Assembly: GCA_951406725.2 (NCBI GenBank)
Contig: OX597816.1
Location: 135,842,001-135,906,000, forward strand
DNA from: Octopus vulgaris
Taxonomy: Eukaryota
Length of the DNA: 64,000 nucleotides
Reading direction: 5' to 3'
Numbering within the stretch: position 1 is the stretch's first letter; each line of letters begins with the position of its first letter. Below the pieces are notes generated by a model. That model made no database searches. It saw only the letters and a program-made list of their open reading frames with translations, and was not told the DNA's origin. The translations under genes were made by a program, and so were the position numbers. This document shows, piece by piece, positions 12,512 to 26,160 of this stretch.

Positions 12512-13150
12512 ATGCCAAAACAACTCTTTTATGGAGAGTTAGCTAAAGGAGAACGACCTCCACATAAACCAAAAAAGAGGTATAAGGACTTGCTGAAGGC
12601 TTCCTTAAGAGATTCTTGCATCTCTCCTGATACATGGGAAGGCATAGCTATTGATCGTAGCAGGTGGAGAGGGATTGTGCATGAGGGGACAGCCACTTTT
12701 GAGAAATCTCGAGTTGCACATGAGAAAGTAAGGAGGGGTGTCAGGAAGGGCATCGCTGTTACACTTCCAGAAGGGAAGGGTCTTCCTTTGATTCTGACAT
12801 GCAATGTCTATGCAAGACCCTGCCTCAGTAAAGCTGGACTCATGAGTCATCTTTGTAGTCATAAAATGAGACAGATGAGTGACAACCTGGCCACTTGGTG
12901 GTGGTGTAACACACCATACTAATCATATCTGTCGGGCATGTGGAAGAGAGTGTAATTCGGCAGGAGGACTTAAACGACATGCAAAGGTACATGAAGCCCA
13001 GTTACAACTACAGCCGGCTATTACTAATTTTGTACAAGACATTGTAGATCTTTAGCTGGGCTAAAAAGTCACGTTCGATCACAGCACCAGTAACAGTTAA
13101 GCTTCGTGCAATGGCCATACTCGATAACGAGGGGGCAGCCATAATGTAAG
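12512..13150 (+). mobile_element. RTE-BovB-like LINE 3' fragment next to a (TATG)n microsatellite
   Basis: MPKQLFYGELAKGERPPHKPKKRYKDLLKASL...WEGIAIDRSRWR plus degenerate C2H2 fingers. Confidence 0.8.
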
Positions 13151-13174
13151 CAAGCATTAAAGCTGGAACAACTT

Positions 13175-13795
13175 CACAAACTGTTACTCAGAGTTTCATG
13201 TAACCGATCATCAGACAGCAGGGAGTTTTTAAGCAAATATAATGATTGTGTAGCGAGACTGTTGTCATAAATTGCATCGTTTACGCTTAAATCGTCGGAA
13301 AACGGTTCATCCTGTATGTTCCTAACGATTGGTCGCATAAACCGGTCATGTGGTGGTGTAATACTTGACCGAGTCCGTTTCTTGGATTGGCCTATTTTTA
13401 CGCGGGATACAGTTTTGTATCCAGTCGCGTTGTGCGATAGACCAACCAACGCGACAAAATCAAATACCGTTTTGAGACTCTAACCATCAATAAATAAGAG
13501 AATTTTTCCTGTTGTCGCCAGTAAGGTAGGATGAGTATAAAACGGATAATGAATGTCATTCCAATTCCACCATAGAAGTAAGTTCTGTCTTCTTGTTGTC
13601 GAACCCTGTCAAAAACAGCAGAATAGACTGCTTCTTTGTTGGCAATAAATATTTCCCCATGTACGACATTTAAAGCACACAAATTTTGATCCTCAAAATC
13701 TGATTTACCACTTAAATTTGTTAAAAACATTTCATAATTGTTACACATAGTAGCATCAACATCAGCAGTTCTGCTTTAATCATGTCTTCTGCTAA
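13175..13795 (-). mobile_element. Highly degraded Helitron Rep/Hel (PIF1-helicase N-terminal) fragment
   Basis: NLSGKSDF...NKEAVYSAVFDRVRQQEDRTYFYGGIGMTFII resembles the Walker A context EQxxVYxxVL...FFLDGPGGTGKTF; DRFMRPIVRNIQDEPF resembles DRTLRDIxxxDxPF. Confidence 0.45.
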
Positions 13796-14029
13796 GAAAG
13801 CGAGAGAAATAGATAGCTATAGATAGAGGGAAAGCGAGGGAGAAAAAAAGAGAGAGACAGAGATGGAAGACAAGACTCGAAATAGCAAAGCTCTCAATAA
13901 GTAGCAGGAAGAGGATTATAATTGTAAAATACAGAAATTTAGCACTTTGTTTTACAGTGAAAAGAGGGCGATAATTACACACCAAAAAAGGTGGGGAGAG
14001 AAAATGATTATATACAAACATACACACAG

Positions 14030-14280
14030 AATTACACATACAAACGTTCATACATACATACATAATACATACATACATACATACATACATACATACATGA
14101 TACATACATATATACATACATACATACATAATACATACGTACAAACGTTCATACATACTCACATACATACATACATACATACAAACGTTCATACATGCAT
14201 GCATACATACATACATACATACATACATACATACATAATACATACATACATACATACATACACACGCACATACACACAAT
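14030..14280. repeat. (TACA)n microsatellite
   Basis: Direct reading. Confidence 0.95.
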
Positions 14281-14846
14281 GTTAGAGCTTCACATATGTA
14301 TACATGTATGTCAGTACAATGAATGTTGCAATTATTTGACATAATTGCTTCATAGATATATTGCTCGGTAATATAAACAAGTTGTAAACTTTTCATATAC
14401 AACAGAGTTAATTAAATACGTAAAGAGTTATATATTTTGATAGACTGATAAGCAACACACTCTAAAACTGAAAAAAAGTCCATTAGATATTAATTATTTG
14501 ATATTTTGCTTAATATCTAGAATTATACGTTATCTTGTTTCCTACTATATTTAAATATACAACTGCTCTCCCCCCTCACAACACACACACACACACACAC
14601 AAAGTTATTCGACAACTTAATGAAAAGAAACCTAAATATAAAGAATTTACTATATATTCTAGAACAGAGTATGACTGTCATACACATTTCCTATTCAGTC
14701 TATCCACAGCTCCTATTTACGTCTGCTAATATAAATATTAATGCATAAGACAAGCAATTATTCAACATACTTATTTATCGCGATTCTTTTGATAATAGAA
14801 TAACTGAACAAGAAGTACTTGAAAGCGAGTTACATTGTTATTTTAC

Positions 14847-15046
14847 CATTATGTGTATTCATTTGAGTTTCTGTGGGTGTGTCTGTGTAAGAATGTTTAT
14901 ACTCATCACGTGATGCATTCTGGGCCCGCAGATAATAGAAAGCTTTTCGACGGCTTTCTAATTCCTGCCATTCTGGTTTCTTTCTCTCTTGCAGTTCCTG
15001 GTGGGTATCATACGGGTAACGCTGGCTGCATTCAAAATACTGCTCG
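14847..15046 (-). CDS. Gene B exon 5
   Basis: Acceptor TGATTTTACAG|, donor G|GTAAAA; 200 nt open, phase 2 to 1, EQYFECSQRYPYDTHQELQERKKPEWQELESRRKAFYYLRAQNASRDEYKHSYTDTPTETQMNTHN. Not in the supplied ORF track. Confidence 0.8.
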
Positions 15047-15649
15047 CTGTAAAATCAATTAATAGCTCATCTCGAATTTCATATTAATAGAATCAATAAC
15101 ATTTACAAAATATAATCAAAGGAGCAAGTATAAAATGACATGGTATATTTTGGATGCGAGCTTCGTGGCTTAAACTATCTAATCACTGTGCCATTTTGTT
15201 GTCAGACTTCAATGTAGAGAAAATCTACTGAATTTCATTTTAAAGTTAAATTTTATTCTCGAGAATGATTGCTCTGCAAATATCAATATTACTTCAAGGA
15301 TGGTATCACTATTAGGATTGTTCAGGGAATTTGTTTAAGGAACACTATTATGTTCTTCGCACATAGACTCGGGAGCAGAGGGTGCGCTTGCATTCCTACA
15401 ATTTTCTTGAGGTGGTTGGGGGCAGCAAAAAATGCTTTGAACATTTTGGATTGGACCTGAGTTTGCATCCACTAAGCAAATTCCGTTTCCGTCCTTATGT
15501 GTTCGTAGACAGCATAACTTTAACCAAGCTATCATTTATTTTTGTCTCGGATCTTAAGATCCTTTGTCTCAACTAGTTCAGAAGACACAGCTACCACATT
15601 GAATAGACAAAATACCCGCCCCTTTTCTTATTTAGATTTTTTTTATTCA

Positions 15650-16110
15650 GTACTATTTTTTAAACTACGAATCACATTTTATTAACAACATATTTTTACA
15701 TAGAGAAAAAAAAGAAAAAACATTAAAAGTATAAAATATCAAATTATCGAAAAAAAGCCTATAACTATTTCACCAAGGAATCAAAGGGAAAGAACAAAAA
15801 GTGGCGCGAGCAGAGAGTTAAGCAGCAGAAGAAGATGCGGGGCAGTAACGGGCAGTACACCCCAGAACAAATAGCGTGTTCAGCCGCGCCTCGCGGACAT
15901 GATTGTAAAAGCGTTGCCACGGAGAATGGCCAGAGACTCTAGCTGCAACAGCCACCCCCACCTCGCGGGCTTCATTTCTCAGACAGGCCACAGTTATCCT
16001 GAATTTTCGGGGAAATCAGCAGTGTGGGATCCCGAGGTATCAACGGCACCAGAGAATACCTGTGGTATCGAAGGCACCTGAGAAGACTTGCCGTATCGAC
16101 GGCGACCAGC
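15650..16110 (-). mobile_element. CRE-like (restriction-like endonuclease) LINE 3' end
   Basis: WLLQ..SLAILRGNAFTIMS matches the CRE C-terminal motif WLxQRLSxAIxRGNA. Confidence 0.65.
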
Positions 16111-16311
16111 ACAAACTTAATTCTTTCCTGATCTGAGGTTCACTGATCATCGCTTTTAAATCATCTCTCTTTCTGAGAGTTACTCGGTATTCCTTTCTAC
16201 GAATCAATTTAGTGCATAAAGTCTTTCCAGTCTCGAGCCAATGAAGGCTCAAGGTAGTCGCTCTTCTTGCTGGAAATATTAACTAAATCTTTCTCAAATG
16301 ACTCTTCACCG

Positions 16312-16434
16312 TTTACCTGGAAAGAAACAGTGCAGTTATTAATTAGAACAACTGAAATTAATGCATGTAAAACTCCACAGCTCTAGCATCACTCTTTCAT
16401 AGTCAGCCTATAAACCTTTCAGCCTACCCTCGTA
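16312..16434 (-). mobile_element. Solo terminal fragment of the mariner at 52704-53949
   Basis: Similar to 53827-53951, ending CAGCCTACCCTCGTA. Confidence 0.7.
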
Positions 16435-16442
16435 TGATATTG

Positions 16443-16882
16443 ATTTCATTTTTGGCATAAGGCCAGCAATTTCGGGGAAGGGGTTAGTCAGTTACGTCGA
16501 CTCCAGTGTTCAACTGGCATTTATTTTATCGACCCCGATAGGTTGAAATGCAAAGTCGACCTCGGCGGAATTTGAACTCAGAAGGTGAAGACGGACGAAA
16601 TGCCACTAAGCATTTTGCCCGACGTACTAACGGCCCTGCCTGCTCGCCGCCCTTAACAAAAGATATGATATTGATTTCAAATTTTGGCATAAGGTCAACA
16701 ATTTCGTGGGTAGGGTAAGTCGATTATATCGACTCCAGTGTTCAACTGGTATTTATTTTATGCATGGAAGACGGACGTTAAACGGTTGAAATGCAAAGTC
16801 GACCTCGGCTGAATTTGAACTCAGAACATGAAGACGGGTGAAATAGCCGTTAAGTATTTTTTCCGCCAGCTCACCGCCCTTA
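16443..16882 (-). mobile_element. Two tandem tRNA-derived SINEs (family A)
   Basis: Minus strand GGCGGCGAGC..GTTAG (A box), GAGTTCAAATTCC (B box), conserved core TTTCA.CCT.TCGGGGTCGATAAAATAA.T.CCAG. Confidence 0.85.
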
Positions 16883-16986
16883 ACAGAAGATAATGATATT
16901 GACAATAGAAACGCAAACACCCAAAAATGTTACATTCAATCAAGATTTTAAATCATAGATTTTATGTAAATCGTAAAATAACATAC

Positions 16987-17066
16987 GTTTGTATGTTGCA
17001 AGAAGAGGCGAGTTCTAATGTATGGAACAGAACACTTCTGCCAAGATATGTGAAGGGTGTTGAGGT
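16987..17066 (-). CDS. Gene B exon 4
   Basis: Acceptor CATTCACCAG|, donor AC|GTATGT; 80 nt, phase 0 to 2, TSTPFTYLGRSVLFHTLELASSCNIQ(T). Confidence 0.7.
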
Positions 17067-17724
17067 CTGGTGAATGACGTTGAGTTGGAGCGAAATAATT
17101 ATAAAGTACGTGGTAGGTCATCGGCTCAAGTGACAAAAAAATTATTATCGGAGAAATGTATAATGGACTCACGAATATGCATTTCATCAGAAACGTGTTT
17201 TAAGTAATTAGGATAGACAGTAGGTGTAAATTGTCCCCTGTAGCTGTATCATTTTGAGCTACTGCACAAAAAGTATTTACACACATACACACACAAACGC
17301 ATACATACTTGCATACATATAAATGTGTGTGTACATATGCGTGAGTGTGAGTATGTGTGTTTGAAAGTGAGGGTAGAAAGCGAATTCTTGCAGATGACAA
17401 GTTTAATTTCAGTGCTTTATTCCTTATGTATAATATTTAAGCAAATAAAAAAAAACATTAGCCAGTCAGAAACTAATGATCTCTTGATCTATATTTTAGC
17501 TATGTAAACGTCAAATTTGTGTGCTCCCAGCTGAGTAATTTTTCTTTCTTCATTGGCCCTTCATTGTAACAATTGGTTAATCTATCTTATTGTTTCTCGT
17601 TTGGTTAACGGCCAGATTTATGTTTTATCATCAACAAGAATAACTTTCATCATTTTGAAAACAAGTTCTTCATTTTTTTCCGTTTACGGCTGGTTTTTAT
17701 CTGACCACACGATTCTACAACGCT

Positions 17725-17756
<32 letters not shown>

Positions 17757-18299
17757 TGTATGAGAAAGTAATTTCAAAAATACACGGAATAGCATTTCAA
17801 CAAAAACAGAATAAGAAAATACCGAACCATGACTAAAAACTGCTAAAACATAGCTACCGCAAAAAAAAAAGAGACTCTAGATAAATAGGGTATGAAATAA
17901 TTGAATCGCAACGAGAAAAACAGGGTATCAGAAAACTGTGAAAGCTGACTAGCTAAATAAAACCCCTTCAAAACAATCGAATTACACATAAAGAAACAAA
18001 TGAAAACCTGACACAAACAACCAATTAACAAAAGGAACGTGGGCAACTATAAATAACGTCATAGCAACATAGCAAAACGCATTAGAAACCAACCAAAGAA
18101 AACGATTATCTCAGATAAAATATGGAATCCATTCTTTTGCATATAAAACGAGTACAAATACAGAAGCAAAAACAGTTCTCACCTGAATCGCAATGCAAGA
18201 AAAATAATTTAATATTGAATATAAATTACCATGCAATTATTATTGTATACTCTCTTCTTTCTCCAAGAAAGTAGTGCCAAACACTTTGATATTACAGGC

Positions 18300-20430
18300 A
18301 GAAGCACACAAAAGAAAACACAGAACCTACTTTGCTACGCCAGGAGTCTCTGTCTAACATTAACTTTGATAGGTTCATAAATCTCTTCTTCTTATGCTCA
18401 AACAATGAGATGCTTTGAGCCCTCATGAGATGCTTAATTCAGGGGGAAACCGAGACACTAGACAGGATCTCCGACCTGATAGAGAAGGGCAGAAGGTCTC
18501 AATGCTGCAACTGTGGAAACACTAATCACCTCAAGGTTTCTACCTCTAACAACAACAGAAAATGACTGCTGGCCTACACTACCGCCAACATCACAGCATC
18601 AACACAAACTGCAACAACAAATACAACAGCATTCAACCGCAGCAATAGTGATTACAACACAAACTATAAGACTAGAAGTATCATCTACAGCAACAACAGC
18701 AGCACCAGTGGAAGCAATAGTAACATGAAGAACAGAAGAAATACCATCTTCAAGAGCCACCGCACTACAGACAACAGAATTCCCGAAACAACAATAGATA
18801 AATCAACAACATAACAAAACCACACACCCCAAAACACCCTCGTCTCGGACCACTCAGACATGCTGTGTGGTGACTGTGACGGAGAGGACCTCAAATGGGA
18901 AAAAATGACTAAACGAAAGAAAAGGAAAGGGGATAACAACATGCCCACGGAAAAACTAGGAGATGCGATCAAACAGGGGAGATACTTTTGAGCAACGATG
19001 CACCACTCCCACCCCTATAGCACCTATACCAGTACTCTGAATACCATCATTCCTATCACTACTATCACAAATATCACCAACATTACAAGCACAAGCACAA
19101 TCAAATTCACAATTATCTTAACAATCAGAACATCTAGCAACACAGGCAAAAAATTATTAACCACACACAAACAATAACAAAACTAATGAATCATACATCA
19201 GCATATAAGTATTACACAAACTCACTAACTACAACAAATAGCATACCAACACACATAAAAATCATCAAAATATCACAACGCATATACATTTAAAAATATA
19301 TATATATCACAACAGAGTAGGAAACTTGAGAGGAAATATTAACAAAAGACTATATGAAGAACTACAACCAGATGGAGGAACTGAACATCTGTCTCTCCAA
19401 AGGAAGATTAGTGGGTCTTTCTCACTTTCCCCATTCTGCTTCACATGACCTTGTTTAGAATAGGTAGTATAAATGTGTATGATGGCCTTGAGTTGCCATG
19501 GAAGCAGGGCTACCTTCTCAACAACATCAGGTCACTAGATATAGATGTAGTGGTCATCAGCGAGACCAGAATTTCCGAATCACGATCCTTCAAATCAACC
19601 AGTATTTGGAGGTGGAGTAGTTGTTTTGTTTCGGAATGGCCTGGGTCTTATGACACATACCATCTTCTTGAGCCAAGAAGTTAAGTTGATGATACTTTAG
19701 CAGCGAAGGCCATACCTCCAGACTTGTAATATATTCAGGCTATACTCCAACAGAGACCGGGTGACTAGATTTCGATAAGTATCTTGAATGTTTCCTGGAA
19801 ACGACCGACTTCTAAGTGCTAGAAGGAGATTGGAAATATATATTGGATGAACGCTTAGACAGTGTGGGGTTAACTGATGGAAGAGGGCAGTGCAAAAGTC
19901 TCACATATTTATTCAGACTTTTCCACCTGTCTAAAAAGTATCGACTAAATGTCGAGGATCTGCCAATGTGGACATGGCAAACTGCAACAAGACATCCAGA
20001 TTGCATATAGGCAGAATATTTTGTTGGCCAGCAGATGGGAATAGCATAGATTGTCCTCAATTTAAAATTAATGCACGGTACAGTCGATCCCTAGATAGGC
20101 TTCGTAGGAAAGAACCGGTCACTGGAAGCTAAACGCGCTACTCTAGATGCGCCATACTTACAAAGGCCAGGTAAATGATTTAAACGGGCGTTGAAAGAGG
20201 CAATCATCGACAACAAATGCTTGTTTGCCCTGAAAAATGCAATTAAAGTAATACCAGTAAGGTTTAGTAAGGTTATAGCGATAGAGAAAACTAGAATAGA
20301 AGTTAGTTTAAAACTTAGGAGATGAACTTAGGAAAGCGTTACAACTGATGCGCTTACAGCCAGATTAGTTCAAAGCGAAGCTTAAAGACTGCGTTGTTAG
20401 GGCTTAGGCGCGCACACTAAGACACGTGGA
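18300..20430 (+). mobile_element. Decayed L1/Tx1-like LINE (ORF1 zinc knuckle and APE endonuclease)
   Basis: GRRSQCCNCGNTNHL; IGSINV.GL..WKQGYLL..DIDVVVISETRI; EGDWKYILD; PMWTW; PGHWKLNA. Confidence 0.75.
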
Positions 20431-21288
20431 GATGAAAATCTTTCAATATTTAGCATTTAAACTAACTAGCTTATCGAAAATATGCAACATTTTATTAGGA
20501 CAAGGACAAATATATATCCTTGTGGGAAATTAATTCACAAGCTCTTTGATGTGCTACATAATTATGAAGACGTATGGTTGTTTTACGGCAGACTGAATAG
20601 CTGAGTGGATAGGGTAGCGAAGAATAAGCCGAGAGATCGGAAGTTTGTATCCTGTCATCAGCGCTGTGCACAGATACTAAACTCACAAACCACGCTGTCC
20701 AAATCATTGACGATAAATACAGCAGTAGGAACAATTCGCTGCTTTGGGCTGTGACACTACAGGGAAATCAATAAGGTGACGGGGGTTTAGTTTGCAGTGT
20801 AGAATTCAGCTTCCATGAGTCTGAAAATTTGTTGGAAATCATTCCCGTGTAAACCTGTTTTATCCACGACTTGAACACACGTTTTATCCACGACTTGAAC
20901 ACACGCCCAACTAACATCATTGATGATGATGATGATGATGATGATGACTGCTACATTAATAATTGGTTAATAAGACGCAGTCTACTGTCGTAAAAAGTGA
21001 AAGTGAATTGTCTTAAAAAAATTGAAGTAAATTGCGATAGAAACCGGAAGTGGTGACATAGTCTTTTACCGACGTGTACTTTACTTGAATTATCATTGGT
21101 AGTCAAATGACCCTTCTCAAAAAGGGAATTTGCTCGTATTCTCTAAGTGAATTCACAAGAACAACGCCACCGCATCTTGTCGCTTCTTTCTCTACAGCTC
21201 ATTAATCACATGTAACTGCGTTGTTTAACATGTGCTGACTTTCAAGCCACCGAGTTGCTGTCTCAATGGTAGGAATAGTACATTGTAC

Positions 21289-21447
21289 CTCAGCTGTTAC
21301 TTCTGAAATGCTTAACACATCACTAGAAAGTGCTAAACATGTAAATGCTTGTGAGCATGGCATAATGAGGGAATTCTTTAAGTTCTTTTTATAAAATTCT
21401 AGGATGACATTCTCGTCGCTTCCGGGCTTCTTTTTTACTTTAGTACA
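21289..21447 (-). CDS. Gene B exon 3
   Basis: Acceptor TATTTTCATGCAG|, donor GAG|GTACAA; 159 nt, phase 0 to 0, CTKVKKKPGSDENVILEFYKKNLKNSLIMPCSQAFTCLALSSDVLSISEVTAE. Confidence 0.7.
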
Positions 21448-21645
21448 CTGCATGAAAATATGCTTTTTTTGTTTGTTTGTTTGTTTTTACTTGCCTTTGT
21501 GCGATAAAACAAAACTCTTTTAAACATACGCGAGGCTATCACATGTATTGTGGTATTCATTTTTCATTCTGGTATTAGCCATCAAACAATTTTATTGAAC
21601 ACAATAATAAATCTCTGAGTGAAATAAGTCTGTTATAAAATATAG

Positions 21646-22278
21646 GTTTCAAATTTTGGCACAAGTTTAGCAATTTCGAGTGAGCCCATTACATTGAGCC
21701 CAGGGCTTAACTGGTACTTATTTTATCGACCCCGAAAGAATGAAAGGTAAAGTCGACCCCGGTGGCATTTGGACTAAGAACATAAAGACGGACAAAATGC
21801 TGCTAAGCATTTTGCCCAGTGTACTAACGATTCTTTTCTACTCTAGGCACAAGGTCCGAAATTTTGGGGGAGGGGGCAGTCGATTAGATCGACCCTTGTA
21901 CGCAACTGTTACTTAATTTATCGGCCCCGAAAGGATGAAAGGCAAAGTCGATCTCGGCGGAATTTGAACTGAAAACGTAAAGACAGACGAAATACCGCTA
22001 GGCATTTCGTCTATCGTGCTAACGTTTCTACCAGCTCGCCGCCTTTTTGGATGAGAAGTATACATTCTTTTCTACTTTAGGCACAAGGCCCGAAATTTTG
22101 GGGGAGGGGCCAGTCGATTAGATCAACCCAGTACGCAACTTGTACTTAATTTATCGACCCCGAAAGGATGAAAGGCAAAGTCGACCTCGGCGGAATTTGA
22201 ACTCAGAACGTAACGGCAGACGAAATACGGCTACGTATTTCACCCGGCGTGCTAACGTTTCTGCCAGCTCGCCGCCTT
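21646..22278 (-). mobile_element. Three tandem family A SINEs (CpG-rich copies)
   Basis: Three consecutive same-orientation copies with A/B boxes. Confidence 0.9.
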
Positions 22279-22467
22279 ATTCTGTTATGGAATATTGGTT
22301 CTTACTGTTAGGACTGTTTTATGTAACACAAAAATAGTTATCTTTTCATACCCAAACCTCTCTTTATTGGTGACATAATAGATCTTTAGCACATCTAGCG
22401 TTTCTCACAGTCAATAAAGAAAGTAAAAAAAAAAATACTAAGGTGCAAAAACAAATGAACATCTCAC

Positions 22468-22622
22468 CTGAACCATAACAGGAACGCTTGTTGGTCCAAT
22501 AGAGAGTACTGAATGAATGAATTTGAATTTTTTTTACGTTTCCTGTTTTTTGAACTTGAGTTGTGTGACCTGACATAGACACAATATTAAAAGGTTTGAT
22601 GTCAAACAAAATAATTTCTGAT
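22468..22622 (-). CDS. Gene B exon 2 (apparent +1 frameshift in the A8 run at 22528-22535)
   Basis: Strong acceptor TTTTTATTATTATTGTTGTTATCAG| and donor CAG|GTGAGA; with A7 it reads (R)SEIILFDIKPFNIVSMSGHTTQVQKTGNVKKFKFIHSVLSIGPTSVPVMVQ and ends in phase 0. Confidence 0.65.
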
Positions 22623-22801
22623 CTGATAACAACAATAATAATAAAAAGAAAAAAATGATTTGTTCAGACAAGGAACATTATCAATCTCTAAAAGGGAGCG
22701 GGCATAATCAACTGAATATTATTGACAATTCTGTTTTTGTGGACCAGAGTTGCCAACTCCCTGAAAATATTTTTGAACTTAATAATGAGGGACTTAATCA
22801 C

Positions 22802-23145
22802 CAGTGGCTCTCAACCGGGATCCATATGATCTCTGAGCGTCCATATATTTTTGGGGGTGCACACAACAAAATAGTAAATTGGGAATCCACAATAGTATTT
22901 TAAGGGCCCCTGAAAAAAAAATGTTGCTTTAGATGTATGTATTATTATTTATTACAAGGAACAGTGAGGTTTCTATCTCTAACATGTTACACAGATCAAA
23001 CAACGCAAGTGAATGTGAAAAACAAATTATGAATTTTGAAAGAGTTTCGATTAATTTTTAAACATCGAATGGCTATGAGCGTCCACCAGAATAAAATAGT
23101 AATCAAAGGGGTCTCAAAAATAAAAAAAATGTTTGAGAAACCCTG
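22802..23145. mobile_element. hAT (Charlie-like) MITE
   Basis: TIRs CAGTGGCTCTCAA / TTGAGAAACCCTG. Confidence 0.65.
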
Positions 23146-23249
23146 GTTTTGACGGAAAACGATATTTCTATGTTAGTTTGTAAAAGGAGGCTCCTTCACT
23201 GAGCCATGTTGCTGTGACATTCAAAATTAGTAGGGTCCATCCCCTTTCC

Positions 23250-24590
23250 AGGTCTGACCACAGCGTTGGACTAATACTTTATTTATCGACTCTGAAAGAA
23301 TGAAGGAAAAGTTGACTTCCGCGAGATTTGAACACAGCTAACAAAGAACCGGAAAGAACGCCACAAAATATTTTATCTGATGCTCTAACGATTCCATCAA
23401 CTCCCAGCTCAGTGATTTGCATTGTTTCCACGATATTGCTAGTAATTATTTAATTATTTTACAGATTCGGGAAAGACAACAGTGACGGGATTTAAGCACA
23501 GTATGCAGAAGGACGAAAACAAATGCTTGAATACATATTATTAGCGCTCCAACATTTCTGCGAAGTTGCTGTAGTTCATAAACGAATAGTTGTCTCTAGT
23601 ATATGTACAAAACCTCAGATTTAGAGGGAAGAGTTATAGCTGATTTTATAAACTTTGGTACTTGAATGATACATATTTTATCGATTCCATAAGCATGAAA
23701 AGTGAAGTTGACTCGAGCGGAATTTGAATCAGAACACAGAAAGGCGTTGCTAAATATCGTATGGCATTTTGGCCGCTATTCTACATACTCTGTCATAAAT
23801 GAGAATAAATAATAATATTGATTTCTAACATGTTAAAGCGGGGGGATAGTCAATAGATTGTCTCGATATACAACTGATACTTATTTTATAGGCCTCAGAA
23901 GAACAAAAGGTCGAGTCGACTTCATAGCATTTGATCTCAGACGTCAAGATACGCAACTAAAAACCACAAAGCATTTGGTCCGTCACTCTAACGATTCTGT
24001 TAATAAAATACTTTTTTAGAAGTATAATTGCCTCAGGCCATGAGAGCAGTGTCCAAACCCTACTTTTTATTTTGTTCACAGTGTTTAAAAGAACCAAATG
24101 GGATATATATATTTCTTCGAAAGGCAGTAGATTAAATCTTCTCCGGAAGGGTACCATGCAAAGTTGATCTTAGTCTGATTTGACTTCAGAGTAAAGGTCA
24201 TTAAATATTGATTCAAATTTTGGCACAAGGCCAGCAATTTCGGGGAAAGGGTAAGTTGATTACATCGATCTCAGTGCTGAACTGGCACTTATTTTACCGA
24301 TCCCAAAAGGACGAAAGGGTAAGGAGACCCCATCGGAGTTTGAACTCAGAACGTAAGGACGGACGAAATGCCGCTGAACATTTTGCCTGGCGCGTTAACG
24401 TTTCTGTTGGTTCGCTGCCTAAAGATCATTGAATATTAGTTTCAAATTTTAGGCACTTATTATATCGACCCTTAAAGAATAAAAAGAAAAGTAGAAGCCG
24501 GCGGAATTTCAACTCAGGACATATAGATGAATAAAATGACGTTAAATATTTTGCCCAACGGATTAACGATTCTGCTAGCTCGCCACCTAA
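23250..24590 (-). mobile_element. Cluster of old and young family A SINE copies
   Basis: Repeated TTTATCGA..GAAAG..AAAGT.GAC..GAATTTGAAC cores; best copy at 24210-24420. Confidence 0.7.
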
Positions 24591-24599
24591 GTCGTTAAA

Positions 24600-25310
24600 T
24601 ATTGCAAGGCCTTTTATTTGATGCACTACAGACAAACTGCAGTAAAATGCTTTTAACAGGTTCAAATATATCTAAAAACATAAACTGGTCTTGAATTTGT
24701 TTCCTTGCTGTACTGCTTCGAGCAGATTTTTAGTAATGTTCTTCAGATATTTTGAATATTTGTAGATAGAGTAAAAAATTACGTTGGGCATTTTGCCTGG
24801 CGCGTTAACGTTTCTGCTGGCTCGCTGGGTTATTAGGATTTTCCCAGGGTCAATGTTACATTTAAAAAGTTAGTATCTATGTTGATCTAGTTGGTTTGAA
24901 GAAGAGGTGTGGGTGTTTTCAGTGTCTGTTTTCAGTGTCTGTTGTGGGTAAAAATTGCTTAAGAACAGTAGAATGCTATCCATATATAAACCACCAACAA
25001 TATGAGGAAACTGATATAATTTTGACAATATATGCAGGGCCGGCGCTTGGAAATGTGGAGCCCAATTAGAGAATTGTCAGTGGGGCCCTCTACAAAGCTA
25101 AAGATCGATGTTTTATGTTTCGTTTTGTACGCCAGCCCCAGTCAAAAAGCGTTGAGGGCTTGAGGTTCCATCATTAGCCACAATAATATACAAAAATTTA
25201 AAGCTTAATTGAAAGTTTTAACGTTTCATTACAAGTCGAGTATGTGCATGGGGCCCTTTCTTGGTGCGGAGCCCAATTTGAACAAATCTGTCTAGTTGGC
25301 TTAAAACCGG

Positions 25311-25376
<66 letters not shown>

Positions 25377-26160
25377 TCGCAGTCATTTGATCCCATACTA
25401 GTACCAAAAAGAACGCTATACTGTTTTTTTGCTATTTTTTCATCGAGATAGGAAGGGTATCCAGCCGTAGAAACCATACCAAATCAAACAAGAGTGTGGC
25501 GTGGTGCATATCCTTAGCTCTGGTCAAACCGTCCAACCCATACCAGCATGGACAACGGACATTAAATGATGATGATGGTGGTGGTGGTGGTGGTGATGAT
25601 GATGATGATGGACTTGACATGATTAACTATGATTTTCTGTGCTTGTAGGATAATATCTGTTTCAGAATTCTTTAATTTTGTTATTAATTCAGTAAAAGTG
25701 AGGACATTAATAAACAGTCATTTGAAGTAGAAACCAATCTACGAAGGCTTAGATGTTATTTCATTGAGACAGAGGCAGGATATTCTCGGATTTGTGTATA
25801 ACTTTATGAAGTATATGTATACTTGTGACTTTTATGTCAGTTTTGATGGGCTAATCTAAAGTTTCTTTCTGTTTACAGTTAATGTCATGGTCTTTAAAGG
25901 TGAAGTATGGGTATTGCTGTGTGAATTGTTCTATTCTATCGATGACTTCAAAGTCGGAAGTACTCTTTCCTTCCATCTTTTCTTTTTGAAGGTGGGAGTG
26001 GGCATGGCTGTGTATGTTAATATCATGTACAATGTTCAAATTGTATTTCCTCTAAATGTTGGTTTTAGAATTAGACAAGAATCTGCATTGTCGATTTCAT
26101 AGACATATTTTTCTTATCCAGTTGTAATAAGATTTTATGGGAATTTTTAACAGTTTATAA
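24600..26160 (-). mobile_element. Fragmented Penelope-like RT interrupted by a MITE, a microsatellite and an RTE tail
   Basis: DRIEQFTQQYPYFTFKDH (compare 38296-38496) and VGGLYMDSILL (degenerate GGLYRDD). Confidence 0.55.
25035..25314. mobile_element. hAT-type MITE
   Basis: TIRs CAGGGCCGG / CCGGCCCT. Confidence 0.7.

Noticed and set aside
17173-17261. Exon-like segment with a GTGAGT donor in gene B
   Set aside because: Its only open frame ends in phase 1, which does not fit the phase chain of exons 3, 4 and 5.
20590-20665. tRNA-like A/B boxes here and in many other places
   Set aside because: No cloverleaf; these are SINE heads, not tRNA genes.
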